Assembly (NCBI GenBank): GCA_964016885.1
Contig: OZ024740.1
Location: forward strand, 39,990,001 to 40,054,000
Origin: Eledone cirrhosa
Taxonomy: Eukaryota
Direction of reading: 5' to 3'
DNA: 64,000 nt
Within the stretch, counting starts at the first letter, position 1; each line of letters begins with the position of its first letter. The notes under the pieces are model-generated. The model was not told the origin of the DNA. It did no database searches and saw only the letters and a program-made list of their open reading frames with translations. Of this stretch, positions 23,701-39,500 are shown piece by piece. The position numbers and the translations under genes are program-made.

Positions 23701-26700
23701 TGGCTGTGATTAAGGACTTATCATAAAATATAGTTACAGGTATGGCTGTGGTTAAGGACTTATCATAAAATATAGTTACAGGTATGGCTGTGGTTAAGGA
23801 CTTATCATAAAATATATTTACAGGTATGACTGTGGTTAAGGACTCATCACAAAATATAGGTACAGGTATGACTATGGTTAAGGACATATCACTAAATATA
23901 GTTACAGGTATGGCTGTGGTTAAGGACTTATCATAAAATATAGTTACAGGTATGGCTGTGGTTAAGGGCTTATCATAAAATATAGTTACAGGTATGACTG
24001 TGGACAAGGACTTATCATAAAATATAGTTACAGGTCTGGCTGTGGTTAATGGCTTATCATAAAATATAGTTACAGGTATGGCTGTGGTTAAGGGCTTATA
24101 AAATATAGTTACAGGTATGGCTGTGATTAAGGACTTATCATAAAATATAGGTACAGGTATGGCTGTGGTTAAGGACTTATCATAAAATATAGGTACAGGT
24201 ATGACTGTGGTTAAGGACTTATCATAAAATATAGTGACAGGTATGACTGTGGTTAAGTACTTATCATAAAATATAGTGACAGGTATGACTGTGGTTAAGG
24301 ACTTATCATAAAATATAGTGACAGGTATGACTGTGGTTAAGGACTTATCATAAAATATAGGTACAGGTATGGCTGTGGTTAAGGACTTATCATAAAATAT
24401 AGTGACAGGTATGACTGTGGTTAAGGACTTATCATAAAATATAGTGACAGGTATGACTGTGGTTAAGGACTTATCATAAAATATAGGTACAGGTATGACT
24501 GTGGTTAAGGACTTATCATAAAATATAGTGACAGGTATGACTGTGGTTAAGGACTTATCATAACATGAGTGGGGAGACCCAAGATGACCTGGGATGAGGT
24601 GATAAAAGCCGACCTTACCCAATTACACCTCTCAAAGACAATGACACACGACCGTGACTTCTGGCCTCACGCAGTAATACAGAGTACCCGACCTCCCATG
24701 GGTACATGCTGAAGCATATAAACAATATGCTGCCACACCCCCCGCCGCAAGGTGGTCGTGGAGGTGCCACGGCAAAAAAGCACCCAGCCCACACTGTAAA
24801 GTCGACGTGTAGGCGCCACGAAAAAGCACCCAGCACTCACTGTAAATGAGGTTGGTGTTAGGAAGGGCATCCAGCTGTAGAAATCAAGCCAGATCAGTTC
24901 CTGTATGAGCAAGGCGTGGTCAGCCGACCAGACACTGCACACAACAGGACAACCCGTCTAACCCATGCTAGCGTGGAAGAACGGACGTAAAACGGTGATG
25001 ATGATGATGATAACATATAGTTACAGGTATGGCTGTGGTTAAGGACTTATCATAAAATATAGGTACAGGTATGGCTGTGGTTAAGGACTTATCATAAAAT
25101 ATAGGTACAGGTATGGCTGTGGTTAAAGACTTATCATAAAATATAGTTACAGGTATGGCTGTGGTTAAGGACTTATCATAAAAATAGTTACAGGTATGGC
25201 TGTGATTAAGGACTTATCATAAAATATAGGTACAGGTATGGCTGTGGTTAAGGACTTATCATAAAATATAGGTACAGGTATGGCTGTGGTTAAGGACTTA
25301 TCATAAAATGTAGTTATAGGTATGGCTGTGGTTAAGGACAATTAAAATATAAGTACAGGTATGGCTGTGGTTAAGGGCTTATCATAAAATATAGTTACAG
25401 GTATGGCTGTGGTTAAGGGCTTATCATAAAATATAGTTACATGTATGGCTGTGGTTAAGGACTTATCATAAAATATAGGTACAGTTATGGCTGTGGTTAA
25501 GGACTTATAAAATATAGGTAAAGGTATGGCTGTGGTTAAGGGCTTATAAAATATAGTTACAGGTATGACTGTGGTTAAGGACTTATCATAAAAATAGTTA
25601 CAGGTATGGCTGTGATTAAGGACTTATCATAAAATATAGTTACAGGTATGGCTGTGGTTAAGGACTTATCATAAAATATAGTTACAGGTATGGCTGTGGT
25701 TAAGGACTTATCATAAAATATATTTACAGGTATGACTGTGGTTAAGGACTCATCACAAAATATAGGTACAGGTATGACTATGGTTAAGGACATATCACTA
25801 AATATAGTTACAGGTATGGCTGTGGTTAAGGACTTATCATAAAATATAGTTACAGGTATGGCTGTGGTTAAGGACTTATCATAAAATATAGTTACAGGTA
25901 TGGCTGTGGTTAAGGGCTTATCATAAAATATAGTTACAGGTATGACTGTGGACAAGGACTTATCATAAAATATAGTTACAGGTCTGGCTGTGGTTAATGG
26001 CTTATCATAAAATATAGTTACAGGTATGGCTGTGGTTAAGGGCTTATAAAATATAGTTACAGGTATGGCTGTGATTAAGGACTTATCATAAAATATAGTT
26101 ACAGGTATGATTGTTGTTAAGGACTTATCATAAAATATAGGTACAGGTATGGCTGTGGTTAAGGACTTATCATAAAATATAGTGACAGGTATGACTGTGG
26201 TTAAGGACTTATCATAAAATATAGTGACAGGTATGACTGTGGTTAAGGACTTATCATAAAATATAGGTACAGGTATGGCTGTGGTTAAGGACTTATCATA
26301 AAATATAGTGACAGGTATGACTGTGGTTAAGGACTTATCATAAAATATAGTGACAGGTATGACTGTGGTTAAGGACTTATCATAAAATATAGGTACAGGT
26401 ATGACTGTGGTTAAGGACTTATCATAAAATATAGTGACAGGTATGACTGTGGTTAAGGACTTATCATAACATGAGTGGGGAGACCCAAGATGACCTGGGA
26501 TGAGGTGATAAAAGCCGACCTTACCCAATTACACCTCTCAAAGACAATGACACACGACCGTGACTTCTGGCCTCACGCAGTAATACAGAGTACCCGACCT
26601 CCCATGGGTACATGCTGAAGCATATAAACAATATGCTGCCACACCCCCCGCCGCAAGGTGGTCGTGGAGGTGCCACGGCAAAAAAGAACCCAGCCCACAC

Positions 26701-29700
26701 TGTAAAGTCGACGTGTAGGCGCCACGAAAAAGCACCCAGCACTCACTGTAAATGAGGTTGGTGTTAGGAAGGGCATCCAGCTGTAGAAATCAAGCCAGAT
26801 CAGTTCCTGTATGAGCAAGGCGTGGTCAGCCGACCAGACACTGCACACAACAGGACAACCCGTCTAACCCATGCTAGCGTGGAAGAACGGACGTAAAACG
26901 GTGATGATGATGATGATAACATATAGTTACAGGTATGGCTGTGGTTAAGGACTTATCATAAAATATAGGTACAGGTATGGCTGTGGTTAAGGACTTATCA
27001 TAAAATATAGGTACAGGTATGGCTGTGGTTAAAGACTTATCATAAAATATAGTTACAGGTATGGCTGTGGTTAAGGACTTATCATAAAAATAGTTACAGG
27101 TATGGCTGTGATTAAGGACTTATCATAAAATATAGGTACAGGTATGGCTGTGGTTAAGGACTTATCATAAAATATAGGTACAGGTATGGCTGTGGTTAAG
27201 GACTTATCATAAAATATAGTTATAGGTATGGCTGTGGTTAAGGACAATTAAAATATAAGTACAGGTATGGCTGTGGTTAAGGGCTTATCATAAAATATAG
27301 TTACAGGTATGGCTGTGGTTAAGGGCTTATCATAAAATATAGTTACATGTATGGCTGTGGTTAAGGACTTATCATAAAATATAGGTACAGTTATGGCTGT
27401 GGTTAAGGACTTATAAAATATAGGTAAAGGTATGGCTGTGGTTAAGGGCTTATAAAATATAGTTACAGGTATGACTGTGGTTAAGGACTTATCATAAAAA
27501 TAGTTACAGGTATGGCTGTGATTAAGGACTTATCATAAAATATAGTTACAGGTATGGCTGTGGTTAAGGACTTATCATAAAATATAGTTACAGGTATGGC
27601 TGTGGTTAAGGACTTATCATAAAATATATTTACAGGTATGACTGTGGTTAAGGACTCATCACAAAATATAGGTACAGGTATGACTATGGTTAAGGACATA
27701 TCACTAAATATAGTTACAGGTATGGCTGTGGTTAAGGACTTATCATAAAATATAGTTACAGGTATGGCTGTGGTTAAGGACTTATCATAAAATATAGTTA
27801 CAGGTATGGCTGTGGTTAAGGGCTTATCATAAAATATAGTTACAGGTATGACTGTGGACAAGGACTTATCATAAAATATAGTTACAGGTCTGGCTGTGGT
27901 TAATGGCTTATCATAAAATATAGTTACAGGTATGGCTGTGGTTAAGGGCTTATAAAATATAGTTACAGGTATGGCTGTGATTAAGGACTTATCATAAAAT
28001 ATAGTTACAGGTATGATTGTTGTTAAGGACTTATCATAAAATATAGGTACAGGTATGGCTGTGGTTAAGGACTTATCATAAAATATAGTGACAGGTATGA
28101 CTGTGGTTAAGGACTTATCATAAAATATAGTGACAGGTATGACTGTGGTTAAGGACTTATCATAAAATATAGGTACAGGTATGGCTGTGGTTAAGGACTT
28201 ATCATAAAATATAGTGACAGGTATGACTGTGGTTAAGGACTTATCATAAAATATAGTGACAGGTATGACTGTGGTTAAGGACTTATCATAAAATATAGGT
28301 ACAGGTATGACTGTGGTTAAGGACTTATCATAAAATATAGTGACAGGTATGACTGTGGTTAAGGACTTATCATAACATGAGTGGGGAGACCCAAGATGAC
28401 CTGGGATGAGGTGATAAAAGCCGACCTTACCCAATTACACCTCTCAAAGACAATGACACACGACCGTGACTTCTGGCCTCACGCAGTAATACAGAGTACC
28501 CGACCTCCCATGGGTACATGCTGAAGCATATAAACAATATGCTGCCACACCCCCCGCCGCAAGGTGGTCGTGGAGGTGCCACGGCAAAAAAGCACCCAGC
28601 CCACACTGTAAAGTCGACGTGTAGGCGCCACGAAAAAGCACCCAGCACTCACTGTAAATGAGGTTGGTGTTAGGAAGGGCATCCAGCTGTAGAAATCAAG
28701 CCAGATCAGTTCCTGTATGAGCAAGGCGTGGTCAGCCGACCAGACACTGCACACAACAGGACAACCCGTCTAACCCATGCTAGCGTGGAAGAACGGACGT
28801 AAAACGGTGATGATGATGATGATAACATATAGTTACAGGTATGGCTGTGGTTAAGGACTTATCATAAAATATAGGTACAGGTATGGCTGTGGTTAAGGAC
28901 TTATCATAAAATATAGGTACAGGTATGGCTGTGGTTAAAGACTTATCATAAAATATAGTTACAGGTATGGCTGTGGTTAAGGACTTATCATAAAAATAGT
29001 TACAGGTATGGCTGTGATTAAGGACTTATCATAAAATATAGGTACAGGTATGGCTGTGGTTAAGGACTTATCATAAAATATAGGTACAGGTATGGCTGTG
29101 GTTAAGGACAATTAAAATATAAGTACAGGTATGGCTGTGGTTAAGGGCTTATCATAAAATATAGTTACAGGTATGGCTGTGGTTAAGGGCTTATCATAAA
29201 ATATAGTTACATGTATGGCTGTGGTTAAGGACTTATCATAAAATATAGGTACAGTTATGGCTGTGGTTAAGGACTTATAAAATATAGGTAAAGGTATGGC
29301 TGTGGTTAAGGGCTTATAAAATATAGTTACAGGTATGACTGTGGTTAAGGACTTATCATAAAAATAGTTACAGGTATGGCTGTGATTAAGGACTTATCAT
29401 AAAATATAGTTACAGGTATGGCTGTGGTTAAGGACTTATCATAAAATATAGTTACAGGTATGGCTGTGGTTAAGGACTTATCATAAAATATATTTACAGG
29501 TATGACTGTGGTTAAGGACTCATCACAAAATATAGGTACAGGTATGACTATGGTTAAGGACATATCACTAAATATAGTTACAGGTATGGCTGTGGTTAAG
29601 GACTTATCATAAAATATAGTTACAGGTATGGCTGTGGTTAAGGGCTTATCATAAAATATAGTTACAGGTATGACTGTGGACAAGGACTTATCATAAAATA

Positions 29701-30559
29701 TAGTTACAGGTCTGGCTGTGGTTAATGGCTTATCATAAAATATAGTTACAGGTATGGCTGTGGTTAAGGGCTTATAAAATATAGTTACAGGTATGGCTGT
29801 GATTAAGGACTTATCATAAAATATAGGTACAGGTATGGCTGTGGTTAAGGACTTATCATAAAATATAGGTACAGGTATGACTGTGGTTAAGGACTTATCA
29901 TAAAATATAGTGACAGGTATGACTGTGGTTAAGTACTTATCATAAAATATAGTGACAGGTATGACTGTGGTTAAGGACTTATCATAAAATATAGTGACAG
30001 GTATGACTGTGGTTAAGGACTTATCATAAAATATAGGTACAGGTATGACTGTGGTTAAGGACTTATCATAAAATATAGTGACAGGTATGACTGTGGTTAA
30101 GGACTTATCATAACATGAGTGGGGAGACCCAAGATGACCTGGGATGAGGTGATAAAAGCCGACCTTACCCAATTACACCTCTCAAAGACAATGACACACG
30201 ACCGTGACTTCTGGCCTCACGCAGTAATACAGAGTACCCGACCTCCCATGGGTACATGCTGAAGCATATAAACAATATGCTGCCACACCCCCCGCCGCAA
30301 GGTGGTCGTGGAGGTGCCACGGCAAAAAAGCACCCAGCCCACACTGTAAAGTCGTCGTGTAGGCGCCACGAAAAAGCACCCAGCACTCACTGTAAATGAG
30401 GTTGGTGTTAGGAAGGGCATCCAGCTGTAGAAATCAAGCCAGATCAGTTCCTGTATGAGCAAGGCGTGGTCAGCCGACCAGACACTGCACACAACAGGAC
30501 AACCCGTCTAACCCATGCTAGCGTGGAAGAACGGACGTAAAACGGTGATGATGATGATG
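20797..30559. repeat. higher-order repeat of about 1.9 kb (LINE fragment plus ~35 monomers)
   Basis: Family B inserts are spaced 1906, 1864, 1906, 1906 and 1738 bp, differing by multiples of 42. The same ordered monomer variants (GGACAATTAAAATATAAG, GGTAAAGG, ATATCACTAAAT, GGTCTGGCTGTGGTTAATGG) appear in each unit. Confidence 0.95.
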
Positions 30560-33500
30560 ATAACATATAGTTACAGGTATGGCTGTGGTTAAGGACTTAT
30601 CATAAAATATAGTTACAGGTATGGCTGTTGTTAAGGAATTATCATAAAATATATGTACAGGTATGGCTGTGGTTAAGGACTCATCACAAAATATAGGTAC
30701 AGATATAGCTGTGGTTAAGGGCTTATCATAAAATATAGTTATAAGTATGGCTGTGGTTAAGGACTTATCATAAAATATAGTTACAGGTATGGTTGTGGTT
30801 AAGGGCTTATAAAATATAGTTACAGATATGACTGTGGTTAAGGACTTATCATAAAATATAGGTACAGGTATGGCTGTGGTTAAGGACTTATCATAAAATA
30901 TAGTTACAGGTATGGCTGTGGACAAGGACTTATCATAAAATATAGGTACAGGTATGGCTGTGGTTAAGGACTTATCATAAAATATAGTTACAGGTATGAT
31001 TGTTGTTAAGGACTTATCATAAAATATAGTTAGAGGTATGACTGTGGTTAAGGACTTATCATAAAATATAGTTACAGGTATGGCTGTGGACAAGGACTTA
31101 TCATAAAATATAGGTACATGTATGGCTGTGGTTAAGGACTTATCATAAAATATAGTTACAGGTATGGCTGTGGTTAAGGACTCATCTCAAAATATAGCTA
31201 CAGGTATGGCTGTGGTTAAGGGCTTATCATAAAATATAGGTACAGGTATGATTGTGGTTAAGGACTTATCATAAAATATAATTACAGGTATGGCTATGGT
31301 TAAGGACTTATCATAAAATATAGTTACAGGTATGACTGGTTAAGGACTCATCACAAAATATAGTTACAGGTATGACCGTGGTTAAGGCCTTATCATAAAA
31401 TATAGTTACAGGTATGACTGTGGTTAAGGACTTATCATAAAATATAGTTACACGTATGAGTGTGGTTAAGGACTTATCATAAAATATAGTTACAGGTATG
31501 ACTGTGGTTAAGAACTCATCTCAAAATTTAGGTACAGGTATGGCTGCGGTTAAGGACTTATCATAAAAATAGTTACAGGTATGGCTGTGATTAAGGACTT
31601 ATCATAAAATATAGGTACAGGTATGGCTGTGGTTAAGGACTTATCATAAAATATAGGTACAGGTATGGCTGTGGTTAAGGACTTATCATAAAATATAGTT
31701 ACAGGTATGGCTGTGGTTAAGGACTTATCATAAAAATAGTTACAGGTATGGCTGTGATTAAGGACTTATCATAAAATATAGGTACAGGTATGGCTGTGGT
31801 TAAGGACTTATCATAAAATATAGGTACAGGTATGGCTGTGGTTAAGGACTTATCATAAAATATAGTTATAGGTATGGCTGTGGTTAAGGACAATTAAAAT
31901 ATAAGTACAGGTATGGCTGTGGTTAAGGGCTTATCATAAAATATAGTTACAGGTATGGCTGTGGTTAAGGGCTTATCATAAAATATAGTTACATGTATGG
32001 CTGTGGTTAAGGACTTATCATAAAATATAGGTACAGTTATGGCTGTGGTTAAGGACTTATAAAATATAGGTAAAGGTATGGCTGTGGTTAAGGGCTTATA
32101 AAATATAGTTACAGGTATGACTGTGGTTAAGGACTTATCATAAAAATAGTTACAGGTATGGCTGTGATTAAGGACTTATCATAAAATATAGTTACAGGTA
32201 TGGCTGTGGTTAAGGACTTATCATAAAATATAGTTACAGGTATGGCTGTGGTTAAGGACTTATCATAAAATATATTTACAGGTATGACTGTGGTTAAGGA
32301 CTCATCACAAAATATAGGTACAGGTATGACTATGGTTAAGGACATATCACTAAATATAGTTACAGGTATGGCTGTGGTTAAGGACTTATCATAAAATATA
32401 GTTACAGGTATGGCTGTGGTTAAGGACTTATCATAAAATATAGTTACAGGTATGGCTGTGGTTAAGGGCTTATCATAAAATATAGTTACAGGTATGACTG
32501 TGGACAAGGACTTATCATAAAATATAGTTACAGGTCTGGCTGTGGTTAATGGCTTATCATAAAATATAGTTACAGGTATGGCTGTGGTTAAGGGCTTATA
32601 AAATATAGTTACAGGTATGGCTGTGGTTAAGGACTTATCATAAAATATAGTGACAGGTATGACTGTGGTTAAGGACTTATCATAAAATATAGTGACAGGT
32701 ATGACTGTGGTTAAGGACTTATCATAAAATATAGGTACAGGTATGGCTGTGGTTAAGGACTTATCATAAAATATAGTGACAGGTATGACTGTGGTTAAGG
32801 ACTTATCATAAAATATAGTGACAGGTATGACTGTGGTTAAGGACTTATCATAAAATATAGGTACAGGTATGACTGTGGTTAAGGACTTATCATAAAATAT
32901 AGTGACAGGTATGACTGTGGTTAAGGACTTATCATAACATGAGTGGGGAGACCCAAGATGACCTGGGATGAGGTGATAAAAGCCGACCTTACCCAATTAC
33001 ACCTCTCAAAGACAATGACACACGACCGTGACTTCTGGCCTCACGCAGTAATACAGAGTACCCGACCTCCCATGGGTACATGCTGAAGCATATAAACAAT
33101 ATGCTGCCACACCCCCCGCCGCAAGGTGGTCGTGGAGGTGCCACGGCAAAAAAGCACCCAGCCCACACTGTAAAGTCGACGTGTAGGCGCCACGAAAAAG
33201 CACCCAGCACTCACTGTAAATGAGGTTGGTGTTAGGAAGGGCATCCAGCTGTAGAAATCAAGCCAGATCAGTTCCTGTATGAGCAAGGCGTGGTCAGCCG
33301 ACCAGACACTGCACACAACAGGACAACCCGTCTAACCCATGCTAGCGTGGAAGAACGGACGTAAAACGGTGATGATGATGATGATAACATATAGTTACAG
33401 GTATGGCTGTGGTTAAGGACTTATCATAAAATATAGTTACAGGTATGGCTGTTGTTAAGGAATTATCATAAAATATATGTACAGGTATGGCTGTGGTTAA

Positions 33501-36500
33501 GGACTCATCACAAAATATAGTTACAGGTATGGCTGTGGTTAAGGACTTATCATAAAATATAGTTACAGGTATGGCTGTGGTTAAGGGTTTATCATAAAAT
33601 ATAGATAGAGGTATGACTGTGGTTAAGGACGTATCATAAAATATTGGTACAGGTATGACTGTGGTTAAGGACTTATCATAAAATATAGGTACATGTATGG
33701 CTGTGGTTAAGGACTTATCATAAAATATAGTTACAGGTATGGCTGTGGTTAAGGACTCATCTCAAAATATAGCTACAGGTATGGCTGTGGTTAAGGGCTT
33801 ATCATAAAATATAGGTACAGGTATGATTGTGGTTAAGGACTTATCATAAAATATAATTACAGGTATGGCTATGGTTAAGGACTTATCATAAAATATAGTT
33901 ACAGGTATGACTGGTTAAGGACTCATCACAAAATATAGTTACAGGTATGACCGTGGTTAAGGCCTTATCATAAAATATAGTTACAGGTATGACTGTGGTT
34001 AAGGACTTATCATAAAATATAGTTACACGTATGAGTGTGGTTAAGGACTTATCATAAAATATAGTTACAGGTATGACTGTGGTTAAGAACTCATCTCAAA
34101 ATTTAGGTACAGGTATGGCTGCGGTTAAGGACTTATCATAAAAATAGTTACAGGTATGGCTGTGATTAAGGACTTATCATAAAATATAGGTACAGGTATG
34201 GCTGTGGTTAAGGACTTATCATAAAATATAGGTACAGGTATGGCTGTGGTTAAAGACTTATCATAAAATATAGTTACAGGTATGGCTGTGGTTAAGGACT
34301 TATCATAAAAATAGTTACAGGTATGGCTGTGATTAAGGACTTATCATAAAATATAGGTACAGGTATGGCTGTGGTTAAGGACTTATCATAAAATATAGGT
34401 ACAGGTATGGCTGTGGTTAAGGACTTATCATAAAATATAGTTATAGGTATGGCTGTGGTTAAGGACAATTAAAATATAAGTACAGGTATGGCTGTGGTTA
34501 AGGGCTTATCATAAAATATAGTTACAGGTATGGCTGTGGTTAAGGGCTTATCATAAAATATAGTTACATGTATGGCTGTGGTTAAGGACTTATCATAAAA
34601 TATAGGTACAGTTATGGCTGTGGTTAAGGACTTATAAAATATAGGTAAAGGTATGGCTGTGGTTAAGGGCTTATAAAATATAGTTACAGGTATGACTGTG
34701 GTTAAGGACTTATCATAAAAATAGTTACAGGTATGGCTGTGATTAAGGACTTATCATAAAATATAGTTACAGGTATGGCTGTGGTTAAGGACTTATCATA
34801 AAATATAGTTACAGGTATGGCTGTGGTTAAGGACTTATCATAAAATATATTTACAGGTATGACTGTGGTTAAGGACTCATCACAAAATATAGGTACAGGT
34901 ATGACTATGGTTAAGGACATATCACTAAATATAGTTACAGGTATGGCTGTGGTTAAGGACTTATCATAAAATATAGTTACAGGTATGGCTGTGGTTAAGG
35001 ACTTATCATAAAATATAGTTACAGGTATGGCTGTGGTTAAGGGCTTATCATAAAATATAGTTACAGGTATGACTGTGGACAAGGACTTATCATAAAATAT
35101 AGTTACAGGTCTGGCTGTGGTTAATGGCTTATCATAAAATATAGTTACAGGTATGGCTGTGGTTAAGGGCTTATAAAATATAGTTACAGGTATGGCTGTG
35201 ATTAAGGACTTATCATAAAATATAGGTACAGGTATGGCTGTGGTTAAGGACTTATCATAAAATATAGTGACAGGTATGACTGTGGTTAAGGACTTATCAT
35301 AAAATATAGTGACAGGTATGACTGTGGTTAAGTACTTATCATAAAATATAGGTACAGGTATGACTGTGGTTAAGGACTTATCATAAAATATAGTGACAGG
35401 TATGACTGGTTAAGGACTTATCATAAAATATAGGTACAGGTATGACTGTGGTTAAGGACTTATCATAAAATATAGTGACAGGTATGACTGTGGTTAAGGA
35501 CTTATCATAACATGAGTGGGGAGACCCAAGATGACCTGGGATGAGGTGATAAAAGCCGACCTTACCCAATTACACCTCTCAAAGACAATGACACACGACC
35601 GTGACTTCTGGCCTCACGCAGTAATACAGAGTACCCGACCTCCCAAGGGTACATGCTGAAGCATATAAACAATATGCTGCCACACCCCCCGCCGCAAGGT
35701 GGTCGTGGAGGTGCCACGGCAAAAAAGCACCCAGCCCACACTGTAAAGTCGACGTGTAGGCGCCACGAAAAAGCACCCAGCACTCACTGTAAATGAGGTT
35801 GGTGTTAGGAAGGGCATCCAGCTGTAGAAATCAAGCCAGATCAGTTCCTGTATGAGCAAGGCGTGGTCAGCCGACCAGACACTGCACACAACAGGACAAC
35901 CCGTCTAACCCATGCTAGCGTGGAAGAACGGACGTAAAACGGTGATGATGATGATGATAACATATAGTTACAGGTATGGCTGTGGTTAAGGACTTATCAT
36001 AAAATATAGTTACAGGTATGGCTGTTGTTAAGGAATTATCATAAAATATATGTACAGGTATGGCTGTGGTTAAGGACTCATCACAAAATATAGGTACAGA
36101 TATAGCTGTGGTTAAGGGCTTATCATAAAATATAGTTATAAGTATGGCTGTGGTTAAGGACTTATCATAAAATATAGTTACAGGTATGGTTGTGGTTAAG
36201 GGCTTATAAAATATAGTTACAGATATGACTGTGGTTAAGGACTTATCATAAAATATAGGTACAGGTATGGCTGTGGTTAAGGACTTATCATAAAATATAG
36301 TTACAGGTATGGCTGTGGACAAGGACTTATCATAAAATATAGGTACAGGTATGGCTGTGGTTAAGGACTTATCATAAAATATAGTTACAGGTATGACTGT
36401 GGTTAAGGACTTATCATAAAATATAGGTACAGGTATGGCTGTGGTTAAGGACTTATCATAAAATATAGTTAGAGGTATGACTGTGGTTAAGGACTTATCA

Positions 36501-39500
36501 TGAAATATAGTTACAGGTATGACTGTGGTTAAGGACTTATCATAAAATATAGTTACAGGTATGACTGTGGTTAAGGACTTATCATAAAATATAGGTACAG
36601 GTATGGCTGTGGTTAAGGACTTATCATAAAATATATTTACAGGTATGGCTGTGGTTAAGGTTTTATAAAATATAGTTACAGGTATGGCTGTGGTTAAGGA
36701 CTTATCATAAAATATAGTTACAGGTATGGCTATGGTTAAGGACTTATCATAAAATATAGTTACAGGTATGGCTGTTGTTAAGGACTTATCATAAAATATA
36801 GTTACAGGTATGGCTGTGGTTAAGGACTTATCATAAAATATAGTTACAGGTATGGCTGCGGTTAAGGGCTTATCATAAAATATATTTACAGGTATGACTG
36901 TGGTTAAGGACTCATCACAAAATATAGGTACAGGTATGACTATGGTTAAGGACATATCACTAAATATAGTTACAGGTATGGCTGTGGTTAAGGACTTATC
37001 ATAAAATATAGTTACAGGTATGGCTGTGGATAAGGACTTATCATAAAATATAGGTACAGGTATGGCTGTGGTTAAGGGCTTATAAAATGTAGTTACAGGT
37101 ATGACTGGTTAAGGACTTATCTCAAAATATAGGTACAGGTATTGCTTTGGTTAAGGACTTATCATAAAATATAGTTACATGTATGGCTGTGGTTAAGGAC
37201 TTATCATAAAATATAGTTACAGGTATGGCTGTGGTTAAGGACTTATCATAAAATATAGTTACAGGTATGGCTGTGGTTAAGGACTTATCATAAAATATAG
37301 TTACAGGTATGGCTGTGGTTAAGGGCTTATCATAAAATATAGTTACAGGTATGACTGTGGACAAGGACTTATCATAAAATATAGGTACAGGTATGGCTGT
37401 GGTTAAGGACTTATCATAAAATATAGTTACAGGTCTGGCTGTGGTTAATGGCTTATCATAAAATATGGTTACAGGTATGGCTGTGGTTAAGGGCTTATCA
37501 TAAAATATGGTTACAGGTATGGCTGTGGTTAAGGGCTTATAAAATATAGTTACAGGTATGGCTGTGATTAAGGACTTATCATAAAATATAGGTACAGGTA
37601 TGACTGTGGTTAAGGACTTATCATAAAATATAGTTGCAGGTATGGCTGTGGTTAAGGGCTTATAAAATATAGGTACAGGTATGGCTGTGGTTAAGGACTT
37701 ATCATAAAATATAATGACAGGTATGACTGTGGTTAAGGACTTATAAAATATAGGTACAGGTATGGCTGTGGTTAAGGGCTTATAAAATATAGGTACAGGT
37801 ATGGCTGTGGTTAAGGACTTATCATAAAAATAGTTACAGGTATGGCTGTGATTAAGGACTTATTATAAAATATAGTTACAGGTATGGCTGTGGTTAAGGA
37901 CTTATAAAATATAGGTACAGGTATGGCTGTGGTTAAGGACATATCATAAAAATAGTTACAGGTATGGCTGTGATTAAGGACTTATTATAAAATATAGTTA
38001 CAGGTATGGCTGTGGTTAAGGACTTATAAAATATAGGTACAGGTATGGCTGTGGTTAAGGACATATCATAAAAATAGTTACAGGTATGGCTGTGGTTAAG
38101 GGCTTATCATAAAATATAGGTACAGGTATGGCTGTGATTAAGGACTTATCATAAAATATAGTTACAGGTATGGCTGTGGTTACGGATTTATCATAAAAGT
38201 AGTTACAGGTATGGCTATCATTAAGGACTTATCATAAAATATAGTTACAGGTACGACTGTGGTTAAGGACTCATCTCAAAATATAATTACAGGTATGACT
38301 GTGGTTAAGGACTTATCATAAAATATGTGGCCGTGTGGGCAACACGGTAAAAACCTCCCAGACCCACACTGTAAATGTGGTTGGTGTTAGGAAGGGCATC
38401 CAACTGTAGAAAACCCGCCAGACAGTCCTATGCGAGCAAAACAATCACTCTTGCCTCAAGTGGGAAAACCCCCGTCCAAACCCATGCAGGCGTGGAACAC
38501 GGACGTTAAACGTTGATGATGATGATGATGATGATGATAGTTACAGGTATGGCTATGGTTAAGGACTTATCATAAAATATAGGTACAGGTATGACTGTGG
38601 TTAAGGACTTATCATAAAATATAGTTACAGGTATGACTGTGGTTAAGGACTCATTACAAAATATAGGTACAGGTATGGCTGTGGTTAAGGACTTATCATA
38701 AAATATAGTTACAGGTATGGCTGTGGTTAAGGGTTTATCATAAAATATAGATAGAGGTATGACTGTGGTTAAGGACGTATCATAAAATATAGGTACAGGT
38801 ATGACTGTGGTTAAGGACTTATCATAAAATATAGGTACATGTATGGCTGTGGTTAAGGACTCATCTCAAAATATAGGTACAGGTATGGCTGTGGTTAAGG
38901 GCTTATCATAAAATATAGGTACAGGTATGATTGTGGTTAAGGACTTATCATAAAATATAGTTACAGGTATGGCTGTGGTTAAGGGTTTATCATAAAATAT
39001 AGTTACAGGTATGACCGTGGTTAAGGCCTTATCATAAAATATAGTTACAGGTATGACTGTGGTTAAGGACTTATCATAAAATATAGTTACACGTATGAGT
39101 GTGGTTAAGGACTTATCATAAAATATAGTTACAGGTATGACTGTGGTTAAGAACTCATCTCAAAATTTAGGTACAGGTATGGCTGCGGTTAAGGGCTTAT
39201 CATAAAATATAGGTACAGGTATGGCTGTGGTTAAGGGCTTATCATAAAATATAGGTACAGGTATGGCTGTGGTTAAGGGCTTATCATAAAATATAGGTAC
39301 AGGTATGACTGTGGTTAAGGGCTTATCATAAAATATAGGTACAGGTATGGCTGTGGTTAAGGGCTTATCATAAAATATAGTTACAGGTATGGCTGTGGTT
39401 AAGGAATTATTATAAAAGTAGTTACAGGTATGGCTGTGATTAAGGACTTATCATAAAATATAGTTACAGGTATGGCTTTGGTTAAGGGCTTATCATAAAA

